Shown one piece after another: positions 28,887 through 42,406 of a stretch of DNA of 64,000 bases (its first letter is position 1; the number at the start of each line of letters is the position of its first letter). Below the pieces are notes generated by a model. The model worked only from the letters and a program-made list of their open reading frames with translations. It had not been told where the DNA came from and searched no databases. A program made the translations under genes and the position numbers. Source of the stretch: Chrysomallon squamiferum (taxonomy: Eukaryota; Animalia; Mollusca); assembly GCA_012295275.1 (NCBI GenBank), contig CM022665.1, positions 1,116,001 through 1,180,000 of the forward strand, given 5' to 3'.

Positions 28887-29456
28887 TATGTGTGTGTTAG
28901 CTATGGCCAAGTTAAATGTTGATGATACATATTGTATTCAGTCGATGTATTAAATAATGGACATAATCAACATTTCACGATCTGAACCGTTTGTTTATTT
29001 TATTAATAGCGTTAGAAAAGCTCTCTTAGAAACTGAAAATCAAACTACCATAAAAATATTTTGTTTTCATTGTTAACTGGAAACAAAGAATTAGCCGTTC
29101 CTCATCATCAGTTATCATAGATATACTGTACTTAAAATGTTTTAATCAGAATGTAATAAACTGAAATATCAACACTGGACTCATTCGGAATATACCGCGC
29201 TGTTTCTTCTTAATTATCAAGGTATGGCATATCCGACATTAAAAAAATAATAATAAATAAATAAAAAGTTAAGAAAAACAAAATGTAATTCAAAAATAAA
29301 AATAAATATTTATCTTTTGACGCTCACATTTTGTTTATTGATTACAAAAATATTTTTTCGTCGACTATATTCTAGCAGTATTTAAGACCGGTGTGGATCA
29401 CAGTTGCTGAATAGCGATTGAAAACGCCAGCATCACGTTTTCGAAAGCTAGAAATC

Positions 29457-29876
29457 ATGATATATAAAATTACAGTTTTGATTTATTTTCAGTTTTGTTT
29501 ATTCAGCTTTGTTGTTGGAAAGATGAAAAACGCTCGTCTTAAAGGTCACACCTTTGTGACCATACAAAATTCAGCTTTGTATTCTTGTGGAGCAACTTGT
29601 TTGAAAGTCCCATCCTGTTTGTCTGTGAACTTCGTAAAATATACTTTAGAGTGTGAACTGAACTATGAAAACAGTATCACGAAGTCTGCAGATATCGAAA
29701 ATGCACGAAATGTGTTTTTTATGGACAGATCAGATTTACAACAGGTAAAACTGTGGAGTAATATTATTCTTATTTAGTGCCTTTAATTTTTCTGTCTTTG
29801 AGTAACTCTTAATTTGATATGACTTCCTTTTCTTTTTCGTTACCTTTCTTTGTCTATAAGTCTGCATTCCTAAATA

Positions 29877-29939
<63 letters not shown>

Positions 29940-32282
29940 ATAGTATCTCTTGTTGTTAAATTCAAAAAAGAAATTAAAACAGTTTTAGAAATTAGATTTA
30001 TAATAAAACATCATTAAAATAGATGAATCGCTTTGAAGTGAACATTTTTTGGAACACATTACATACAAAACAAACAAACAAACAAACAAACAACGACAAC
30101 AACAACATTAACAACATTAATAATAACACAGACGTATCGAGACAGATTTAGAATTGCATTCAGTGCCTCACGATGCTCTTTGACAAATAATATATAAAGT
30201 GTTCTCAGTAATTTTGCTTCAAAGTTCTTTCTTTCTATGTTCAATAAAATGAATTTTGAAATAATATGTCAACGGACCGTTTATGCTTGATTACTGAAGT
30301 TAATAATTAACCAGCCTACACTGATAACAGCTGAGAATAGCCTACTGTCTAACTAGTTTATATTCGGAGATAAACACACACATACAAACAGAAGAAGAAG
30401 AAAAAAGTAGAATGAAAATAGAGTTAAACTGAAACAATTCTGTAGTGTTCTTTAATTGCTGAGTTCTCCATAGCCTTCGGGTTTTTCTTTGCGTGATCTT
30501 GTTTTGGAATAAAAATAACAAACATAAAGAAATACGCTAGGTCATAGCGAATACATTTTGAATAATTATATAATATATAAAACCGTCCCTGATGTAAACA
30601 CAGTAAACCATGTCATCTACAACAACAGCATTTTAAAATATTTTTCTAAGTTAGAAGATAAGAAACAAAAACAAAACAACAACATGAAACTTAATATAAT
30701 TATCATCGATATCGTCACTTTTGTCGTCATTTTATCATTATCATAATTGCACAGTGTAATATTTTGTTATTAGCTTCATCATTAGTATAATTTTATTTTA
30801 ATTTTCAGCTACTTTCTTCTCATAACTGTATCGATTGTCAAACTGAAAGCACTGGACTTACTGGTACGTACAACTCTGACATGGCGACTGCATTCTTTGA
30901 ATAGCTCTCCCGATTGAAGATAGTTAAACATTGATTTTTTGTTTCTTCGATAGATACAAATGATCAAAGACTTATTTTAATTATTAACCTAACATTCATT
31001 ATACTTGTAATAGACATAAAGGAATATAAAACTTTAGAATTGTTCTTTTCAAAGAAACCCTTTATTTTACAAACATAATTAATTTTTTTTTCAGTAAACG
31101 TTACAATGGAGTTCTGAAATAACGTTAAATATTGCATGGGTATGTTAACGAAATGACGATTTCAGTTCTCAAGGTATATCAAATTTTTAAAACAAATGTA
31201 CAGTATTGTATAGCAGGATGAGTCTCCGTGCTTGAAAGTAATAATTAATTTAATAGTACTGACAATAAAAACAAGGACTGATCGATTTTCGCTTGGCAGC
31301 CAAAAGCAGATTTTAGAAAAGCTGCACAGGGTGTGCACACTCAGTGACTCACTTTGGTTGGTACGTTTTTGTGCATTTGATTTTAGTAAATCAATCGTAG
31401 GGTTTAAGAAAACAAAATCTTGTACTCATTCCAACAAACCCTTTAGCATACCTACACATAACATATCTCGGGCAGACAGTCCAGGCTATGTCAACTAGTC
31501 TTGAACCCGAAAGCATTATGATTAGTACTGAATAAAATGAGCTGAAGAGAAGACTTTATATAATGGACTTAACTCAAATACTATACATAAATCGGATTAA
31601 AATATATTATGCTGTACTAATTCTTGCGTACTTTTATATAGCACTGTTCGCTTCTTTTTAGTGTCATTATTACAGAACGAACCTTTAACTAGTAACAAAA
31701 TTAATAATAATTTATTTAAGACCCTGAAACAAAAGCAACAGTTACATTATTTATCAACAGCTATGTGCCAACTTTGTCTATTTAGGTTGTCCAATACCTA
31801 TTGTTGATCATGCTGTGGTGAACATTTTCGAAAACGATGTCTGGTGGCCAGTGGGATCGAAACTACCATTCACATGTCATGACGGCACTTTTCCTAAATT
31901 TGGTTACACAGTATCTTGTATCAGAGACAACCAGTGGAGTAATGACGGCTGTGAAAGTAAGAAAATCATATACATTTCTTACTCTCTCCTGTTTATTTCA
32001 CAATTGTGAAACAATCCAACAGGCCTTTCGTAATTTACTTTTCTTCCGTTTACAACCCCAGTCCTGTCACAGGATAATAAAACAACCTGATTATTTATAT
32101 TACTTCTACTACAGTTATTACTCCAATAACCACTACTACTGTTACTGCTAAGTTTTACTATATTTTCTAGGAATGTTAATATTTCTTATGCTATTTCTAC
32201 TAATATTACTAATATAAATACTACTCCAATATTTTCATTGAGACAGTCACTGTAACTATTACTGCTCCTACTCCACAGCCTC

Positions 32283-32322
<40 letters not shown>

Positions 32323-32341
32323 TTTATTTTTATTATTATTA

Positions 32342-32402
<61 letters not shown>

Positions 32403-33258
32403 GCTACTGCTACTGCTACTGCTGTTCTTATTATTACTGTTTCAGAACCAGTGTGTCCAAAACCTCCTGTGGTACCAAACAGCATTCAGTTGTTTGACAA
32501 CCAAACAGTTTCAACAGAGTACAAAACAGTCTTAAAATACCAGTGTCGACCTGGATTTGTAGCCGAAAATAACATTACTACTGTTACCTGTCAACGAAAC
32601 AACACATGGACAAACATCATTTGTAAACGTAAGCAGATTTAAAATAACTATCTTGTAAAGTAATTGTTCAGTACTTTCCGTTCCTCGGTTTGTTTGTAAA
32701 CGTAACTTGATTTAATAATGTTACGTTACACGATTCGTTTTGTAAATGTAACTATTTAACACCTTTACATTATACAGATGATTTTTAAATCAGTTTAATA
32801 TGTTTATGTTATATGATTTTCTTGTAAGTACAATATGATTTCACTGGATTTTACGATTCTATTCGCGTTGTAAAATAAACTCACACGGTTACTTGATTTA
32901 ATTGATTTTGCAAACATTGTTTCGTTTGTGCTAAATAAATAAATTCATACTATTCTGACATGGAGTTAAATCAGTGCTTGATAAAATATATATGAATTTG
33001 TTCATTGTCTTTCATCTACAGCTATATTTTGTCCTCCACCACCGGCTATACCGAATAGTATAGCTTTGTTCGACCCAGCAACAGTTTCAACAGCCTATCA
33101 GACGTCCCTAGATTATAAATGTCGGTCAGGATATTGGCATGAAAATGGTAATAGAACAATTACCTGTCAAGAAGACGGAACATGGAGTAGTCTCATATGT
33201 CGATGTAAGTTAATAGTTTTTACGATCTATTTATCTCTCTGTCTATCTCTCTATCTAT

Positions 33259-33289
<31 letters not shown>

Positions 33290-34452
33290 AGGTTACAAAA
33301 TTAAAACCTAAAAATGAACTGAAAAATAAATAAAACTAAAAATCAAATTACATTGCACCTAATTTATAATTTAAACTTTAAAACCAAATACGTTTATTTT
33401 AGTTATAATATTAAGTTATGAATGTTATTTGTTTCAGTCATTTGATATGCTCTACTCTGTATTCAAGTAAACTTTCTACTTATTTGATGAACGTACTCTT
33501 ATCACAAGTTCAAATTTGTAAAGCTTTTCAATTTATTTGTCTAAATGTTTCTTAGTATATTAAGTGACTCATATCTGTAAATATAAATGTATTTTCAGTA
33601 ATTCAGTGTTATACTGTTGTTGACGGCAGAGCTCAGTACTTTGGAAACAAATCAACAACCAGTTCTGGAATCACTTGTCAAAGATGGGATCAGGATTCAC
33701 CCCACACACCATACAAATTTTCCAATATTTCTTTTGAAGGATATGCAAATTATTGCCGTGATCCCTCTGCCTCAGGCTACCCTTGGTGCTACACAACTGA
33801 TCCAGACATTCGATGGGAAGCCTGTGGTTTGCGTCTCTGTAAATTTGTAGGTATGTAATTATTTATTGTCGATTGCTTCCATAAATAGGATGTCAATTAA
33901 TTTAAAGCATGTTCACTGTTTCATAACAATGGTCTAAATGAATTTATTCATCATTCATAAAAGTAAAATACTCTATAACTTCTGTTGCTATAACTAATAA
34001 TAACATAATGTCATGATTCGTCACGTACACATTCGTATACTAACATACTAGTGTGTGCGTTACTCGATCTCTGATATACTCCACCCTACACTACTTACTG
34101 AAAAGCTATACTAATGTAGTATTGTTTTTGCAGCTTCCACGCAGTTTACTTTCGTAAATATTAATTACATACACGATGTTCTTTCTTTCTTTTTTTTTTT
34201 TCAGAATATGGTTGCTTCGGCATGGTTGACGGTAGTTCTCAGTACTTTGGAAACAAAACAACAACCATGACTGGAATCACTTGTCAAAGATGGGACCAGG
34301 ATTCACCTCACGTTCGAAAACAATTTTCTGTTTCACTGGACGGATACGAAAATTATTGCCGCGATCCCGATTCCGAAGGCTTCCCTTGGTGTTACACTAC
34401 TGATCCAGACGTTCGATATCAATCTTGTGGTATTCTTCCCTGTTCACAATAG
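29457..34452 (+). CDS. Secreted PAN/apple - 3x CCP(sushi) - 2x kringle protein (paralog A), 7 exons, ~459 aa
   Basis: Exons 29457-29744 (signal + PAN: CGATCLKVPSCLSVNF...CELN), 30809-30863 (linker), 31786-31956, 32446-32628, 33022-33204 (CCP: C-P-P...Y-C..G...TC...W...C), 33599-33850, 34205-34452 (kringles: CQRWDQDSPH, NYCRDP, PWCYTTDP). GT-AG; domain exons begin in phase 1; no protease domain. Confidence 0.88.
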
Positions 34453-35792
34453 GTATCTTGTTTGTATATGTTAATGTGAACTGTATGGGTAATTGATTCT
34501 TTTCTATAAACAGACTACTGAAAAAAATTCAATGCTCTAACAATTTCATATACATCTATTATTGCCCGTTATTGTAAGATTTGTAGATTTTATATTAAGG
34601 TATACGTTGTCCAAGTGTGAGTGAATGTTTGCCTAACACAGAGCTAGTCACAGGATGAGTACCTCGAGATGAACCTGTTTGTTTACTTATTGGCATTAAG
34701 TATGCTTAGGCTTAAAATAAAAATTATTAACATATTCTAGAAATCACTTTGTATTTATTTAAAGGATATAATTTTGCACATGCACAGCTTTAGAAACCTT
34801 TAACTTTGATATTTATCATTCAGAACCTAATGAGTTGTATGATTAATCCTTAAGCGTTCGCTCAGTTATTCTCTACTCGAACTGTCGGTTTATCAAAGAG
34901 TATTGTATGTAGTTGTTCTGTTCCTGTATATAAGAACAACATATTAAAAATCTTTTTTCTCTTAATGTACAAGAATGGACTGTTTTACATATTATAACGT
35001 TAAACATTAACATATGTTGAGATTTAAACTATCCGTCCATTCACTGGCATGCGCCAAAATAACTTTTAAATGTAAAACAAAGATAACAAATTCTAATTTA
35101 AAACTGTTTTAATTTTCTTGCAGAAAACTGGTCTTCATGGTGCCGATTAAAGAACTGTGTTTTTCCTACAACGAGTAACGTACTCAGACAAAGATATTAT
35201 GTTACATAAATATGTACACAACATAAACACACAGTCTTACGTACAAGAAACAAAGCTGCACAAGCTATAAACTGCAACATAAACTGTAGTCATACAGTCC
35301 AAAACAGATGGCGACGGGAATCTTTGATGAATATCAACATATTAGTAGGATTTAGTTTTTGTCTTAATTATTAATTTTGACTTTTGAACGCTTTTTTTCT
35401 CTGTTTTAGGAGGTCATATGTGAATAAAATCTGCGTCAGTTGAAAATTTGAAATCTTGCCTTTGTGCTTATCCCGAATGTTGACCCCCCTAAAAAATCGA
35501 TATTTAATCTCAATCAGATTAAACTCAATCGGACGTGTTTTAAAGCAACAGCCAGTTCGTTATGGATCTACAATTGTGTATCGTGAACATCGTTCATACA
35601 CTACTTTTGACGTTCACGGGGTTAACTCTACGGTAATAATAGTAATAATAGTAATGGAATTTTATTTACTACTCTTGTAACCTAAACATGCATGCATTAT
35701 AATATTTGTTATTTATAATTATAGAGAGGCGTACTGACTTAGTCTGAAGGAATATATTTAAGATTATATATACTTTTAAAAGTATTGTTGTA

Positions 35793-36107
35793 CAGGTACC
35801 AGACCAATTATTCGGCGTCCTGAAATCCTGAAAGTCTAGAAAACCTGATGTTTTTTCCCGACGCTATTTTCATAGTTCGCGCGACCGGAACTACTCGTTC
35901 AAGCCGCGTGGCGTTCATTCACTCGCCGCATTGTTTACGTGTTGAGTCGCCACAGTTGTGTCGTCAATTTTCTTTATGTTTTTAATTTTAAAATGTTTAT
36001 GTCTAATTATTTACGTATATAGATGCCTTGGTACCAGAAAACCGGAAAATCCAGTAATGTGGAATGCCTCAGGCCCCAAGGAGTCTGGATAATTGGTCCT
36101 GTACCTG
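35793..36107. mobile_element. MITE, Tc1/mariner-pogo type (TA target duplication)
   Basis: TA|CAGGTACCAGACCAATTAT ... ATAATTGGTCCTGTACCTG|TA; ~20-bp TIR with 2 mismatches, 315 bp, non-coding. Confidence 0.8.
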
Positions 36108-36430
36108 TACCACTTTTCTTTAAAACTGAAAATAGCAACTGTTACTTCTACTACTGTTGTCGTGGTTAGATATCATTATCATAATGATTAATAAAGATAT
36201 ATGCACACATCATGTTAATAAAGATATACACAAAATCATCATTGTTAATTAAGATTAACCTTATCAGCATCACATAGACCTATATCGTCTTTAATAAACA
36301 CATACTCGTCATTGAGAGTAAGGACACGTCAGAATATGAATTTTATTAATATTTAATGAAAACTTTGAACCTTCATTTTTCTTAATAAATACATTACTTG
36401 GAGACGCTCTTATTCAAATTATTTCAGCCG

Positions 36431-36856
36431 TCAACAGACAAAAAGGCCGCATGTGTCCCAGCGTGTCACCGGATCGACGGTGTAGCACCAGGGGTAACCC
36501 GAGTTGTCTGGGTCACGGCAGTTGTTGGCTGCGTCTGCTGTTGTGTTTTCGGGGAAAGCTTCTGCTTGGTTATTGTAATGCTCGTGTGGTGACATCTCGT
36601 CCCACCTTTGACATGCCACTCCATTTCTCGTTGTGTTTTTTTTACCGGTGTACTGAACTTTGCCGTTCTTGAACGTGAAACAGTCTGAAATAAAATAGAT
36701 TAAAATAAATAAATAAATAAACAAGATTAAATAAAGCAAAAGGATTTTAAAAGAATTTAAAAAGAAATAATAAAAAAAAAAAAAAAAAATAAGGAAATAA
36801 AGCAAATGAAAAAAAAAAGAAAGCTAATAACAAACACACGTAAATATGATATGAAT

Positions 36857-36915
<59 letters not shown>

Positions 36916-39900
36916 ATACTGGTTTACTGTCAAGCAGATACATTTGTATTTTAGGAGCTTCTCTGAGAATTTAATTTGAATACAGTGTTCTAGTTTCTAA
37001 TTGGATACTATAATCTTCTCATTTTTTATATTTTGGATACATTCACATTTATTCTAAGTTGTTAAAACAATTTACCTCTGCAAACAATGCTAGTCCATGA
37101 CCCATCTTCTTGGCAAGTAATAGTCAACGAGTCATTCTCAGCTCTAAATTCAGATAAACATTTATACTGAAGAGATGTTTGGACGACTGTCGAAACTTCG
37201 GAGGCGTTAAACAATTGTTCACTGTTGGGTATGACAGGAGGAGGAGGACACTTTTGTTCTGTTTTATTATAATAAATCTTTGAATAAATCTTTGCTACTC
37301 ACTGTTACTACTATTACTACTACTATTACTGCTGCTGCTCACTGGTACTACTAGTACTATACTATTACTGCTGCTGCTCACTGTTACTACTAGTACTATA
37401 CTATTACTGCTGCTGCTCACTGTTACTACTAGTACTATACTATTACTGCTGCTGCTCACTGTTACTACTAGTACTATACTATTACTGCTGCTGCTCACTG
37501 TTACTACTAGTACTATACTATTACTGCTGCTGCTCACTGTTACTACTAGTACTACTACTATTACTGCTGCTGCTCACTGTTACTACTAGTACTATACTAT
37601 TACTGCTGCTGCTCACTGTTACTACTAGTACTATACTATTACTACTGCTGCTGCTCACTGTTACTACTAGTACTATACTATTACTGCTGCTGCTCACTGT
37701 TACTACTAGTACTATACTATTACTGCTGCTGCTCACTGTTACTACTAGTACTATACTATTACTGCTGCTGCTCACTGGTACTACTATTACTACTACTATT
37801 ACTGCTGCTGCTCACTGGTACTACTAGTACTACTACTATTACTGCTGCTGCTCACTGGTACTACTAGTACTATACTATTACTGCTGCTGCTCACTGGTAC
37901 TACTAGTACTACTACTATTACTGCTGCTGCTCACTGGTACTACTAGTACTACTACTATTACTGCTGCTGCTCACTGTTACTACTATTACTGCTGCTGCTC
38001 ACTGTTACTACTATTACTGCTGCTGCTCACTGTTACTACTATTACTGCTGCTGCTCACTGTTACTACTATTACTGCTGCTGCTCACTGGTACTACTAGTA
38101 CTACTACTATTACTGCTGCTGCTCACTGTTACTACTATTACTGCTGCTGCTCACTGTTACTACTAGTACTATACTATTACTGCTGCTGCTCACTGTTACT
38201 ACTAGTACTACTACTATTACTGCTGCTGCTCACTGTTACTACTATTACTGCTGCTGCTCACTGTTACTACTATTACTGCTGCTGCTCACTGTTACCACTA
38301 GTACTATACTATTACTGCTGCTGCTCACTGTTACTACTAGTACTACTACTATTACTGCTGCTGCTCACTGTTACTACTAGTACTATACTATTACTGCTGC
38401 TGCTCACTGTTACTACTAGTACTATACTATTACTGCTGCTGCTCACTGTTACTACTATTACTGCTGCTGCTCACTGTTACTACTAGTACTATACTATTAC
38501 TGCTGCTGCTCACTGTTACTACTAGTACTATACTATTACTGCTGCTGCTCACTGTTACTACTAGTACTATACTATTACTGCTGCTGCTCACTGGTACTAC
38601 TAGTACTATACTATTACTGCTGCTGCTCACTGGTACTACTAGTACTACTACTATTACTGCTGCTGCTCACTGTTACTACTAGTACTATACTATTACTGCT
38701 GCTGCTCACTGTTACTACTAGTACTATACTATTACTGCTGCTGCTCACTGGTACTACTAGTACTATACTATTACTGCTGCTGCTCACTGGTACTACTAGT
38801 ACTATACTATTACTGCTGCTGCTCACTGGTACTACTAGTACTATACTATTACTGCTGCTGCTCACTGGTACTACTAGTACTATACTATTACTGCTGCTGC
38901 TCACTGTTACTACTAGTACTATACTATTACTGCTGCTGCTCACTGGTACTACTAGTACTATACTATTACTGCTGCTGCTCACTGGTACTACTACTACTAT
39001 ACTATTACTGCTACTCACTGGTACTACTAGTACTATACTATTACTGCTGCTGCTCACTGGTACTACTAGTACTATACTATTACTGCTGCTGCTCACTGGT
39101 ACTACTAGTACTATACTATTACTGCTGCTACTCACTGGTACTACTAGTACTATACTATTACTGCTGCTGCTCACTGGTACTACTAGTACTATACTATTAC
39201 TGCTGCTGCTCACTGGTACTACTAGTACTATACTATTACTGCTGCTGCTCACTGGTACTACTAGTACTATACTATTACTGCTGCTGCTCACTGTTACTAC
39301 TAGTACTATACTATTACTGCTGCTGCTCACTGTTACTACTAGTACTATACTATTACTGCTGCTGCTCACTGTTACTACTAGTACTATACTATTACTGCTG
39401 CTGCTCACTGTTACTACTAGTACTATACTATTACTGCTGCTGCTCACTGTTACTACTAGTACTACTACTATTACTGCTGCTGCTCACTGTTACTACTAGT
39501 ACTATACTATTACTGCTGCTGCTCACTGTTACTACTAGTACTATACTATTACTGCTGCTGCTCACTGTTACTACTAGTACTATACTATTACTGCTGCTGC
39601 TCACTGTTACTACTAGTACTATACTATTACTGCTGCTGCTCACTGTTACTACTAGTACTATACTATTACTGCTGCTGCTCACTGCTACTACTAGTACTAT
39701 ACTATTACTGCTGCTGCTCACTGCTACTACTAGTACTATACTATTACTGCTGCTGCTCACTGTTACTACTAGTACTATACTATTACTGCTGCTGCTCACT
39801 GTTACTACTAGTACTACTACTATTACTGCTGCTCACTGTTACTACTAGTACTATACTATTACTGCTGCTGCTCACTGTTACTACTAGTACTATACTATTA

Positions 39901-41587
39901 CTGCTGCTCACTGTTACTACTAGTACTATACTATTACTGCTGCTGCTCACTGTTACTACTAGTACTACTACTATTACTGCTGCTGCTCACTGTTACTACT
40001 AGTGCTATACTATTACTGCTGCTGCTCACTGTTACTACTAGTGCTATACTATTACTGCTGCTGCTCACTGTTACTACTAGTGCTATACTATTACTGCTGC
40101 TGCTCACTGTTACTACTAGTACTATACTATTACTGCTGCTGCTCACTGTTACTACTAGTACTATACTATTACTGCTGCTGCTCACTGTTACTACTAGTAC
40201 TATACTATTACTGCTGCTGCTCACTGTTACTACTATTACTGCTGCTGCTCACTGTTACTACTAGTACTATACTATTACTGCTGCTGCTCACTGTTACTAC
40301 TAGTACTATACTATTACTGCTGCTGCTCACTGTTACTACTAGTACTACTACTATTACTGCTGCTGCTCACTGTTACTACTAGTGCTATACTATTACTGCT
40401 GCTGCTCACTGTTACTACTAGTGCTATACTATTACTGCTGCTGCTCACTGTTACTACTAGTGCTATACTATTACTGCTGCTGCTCACTGTTACTACTAGT
40501 ACTATACTATTACTGCTGCTGCTCACTGTTACTACTAGTACTATACTATTACTGCTGCTGCTCACTGTTACTACTAGTACTATACTATTACTGCTGCTGC
40601 TCACTGTTACTACTATTACTGCTGCTGCTCACTGTTACTACTAGTACTATACTATTACTGCTGCTGCTCACTGTTACTACTAGTACTACTACTATTACTG
40701 CTGCTGCTCACTGTTACTACTAGTGCTATACTATTACTGCTGCTGCTCACTGTTACTACTAGTGCTATACTATTACTGCTGCTGCTCACTGTTACTACTA
40801 GTGCTATACTATTACTGCTGCTGCTCACTGTTACTACTAGTGCTATACTATTACTGCTGCTGCTCACTGTTACTACTAGTACTATACTATTACTGCTGCT
40901 GCTCACTGTTACTACTAGTACTATACTATTACTGCTGCTGCTCACTGTTACTACTAGTACTATACTATTACTGCTGCTGCTCACTGTTACTACTAGTACT
41001 ATACTATTACTGTTACTGCTGCTGCTCACTGTTACTACTAGTACTATACTATTACTGCTGCTGCTCACTGTTACTACTAGTACTATACTATTACTGCTGC
41101 TGCTCACTGTTACTACTAGTACTATACTATTACTGCTGCGCTTTTCTGTTCCAAAATTTTCACCACAAAGCAGTAGGATTCTTCCCGGGCAAATATAAAA
41201 TATTAAATTTCAAATAATGTCGTAAAAAATAATTGTTATAAAATAAAATAGGTTTACATGCTAGAAATCCTTTCACTATTTTAAATCAAGTTACGTTTAC
41301 AAACAAACCGAGGAACGGAAAGTACTGAACAATTACTTTACAAGATAGTTATTTTAAATCTGCTTACGTTTACAAATGATGTTTGTCCATGTGTTGTTTC
41401 GTTGACAGGTAACAGTAGTAATGTTATTTTCGGCTACAAATCCAGGTCGACACTGGTATTTTAAGACTGTTTTGTACTCTGTTGAAACTGTTTGGTTGTC
41501 AAACAACTGAATGCTGTTTGGTACCACAGGAGGTTTTGGACACACTGGTTCTGAAACAGTAATAATAAGAACAGCAGTAGCAGTAGC

Positions 41588-41642
<55 letters not shown>

Positions 41643-41663
41643 TAATAATAATAATAAAAATAA

Positions 41664-41710
<47 letters not shown>

Positions 41711-41713
41711 TAA

Positions 41714-41756
<43 letters not shown>

Positions 41757-42366
41757 GAGGCTGTGGAGTAGGAGCAGTAATAGTTACAGTGACTGTCTCA
41801 ATGAAAATATTGGAGTAGTATTTATATTAGTAATATTAGTAGAAATAGCATAAGAAATATTAACATTCCTAGAAAATATAGTAAAACTTAGCAGTAACAG
41901 TAGTAGTGGTTATTGTAGTAATAACTGTAGTAGAAGTAATATAAATAATCAGGTTGTTTTATTATCCTGTGACAGGACTGGGGTTGTAAACGGAAGAAAA
42001 GTAAATTACGAAAGGCCTGTTGGATTGTTTCACAATTGTGAAATAAACAGGAGAGAGTAAGAAATGTATATGATTTTCTTACTTTCACAGCCGTCATTAC
42101 TCCACTGGTTGTCTCTGATACAAGATACTGTGTAACCAAATTTAGGAAAAGTGCCGTCATGACATGTGAATGGTAGTTTCGATCCCACTGGCCACAGATG
42201 GTTTCCAGCGATTTTCACTATGGCATTGTTAACTCGGGGTATGTGACAAACTAAAGAGACAAAACAAGCGAATCGGTTCTTAAAGGCAGGAATCCGTGTG
42301 TACCCTAGTTAGTGCTGAGAAAATATATACTGCGCTAACAGAAATTTAAAAAAAAAAAAATTGAAA

Positions 42367-42406
<40 letters not shown>

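Noticed and set aside
37295-41217. Long ORFs (SSSSNSIVLVVTV)n and (LLLLVLYYYCCCS)n
   Set aside because: Translations of a 39-bp intronic minisatellite with scattered frameshifting units; not genes, and not a CRISPR array because there are no unique spacers.
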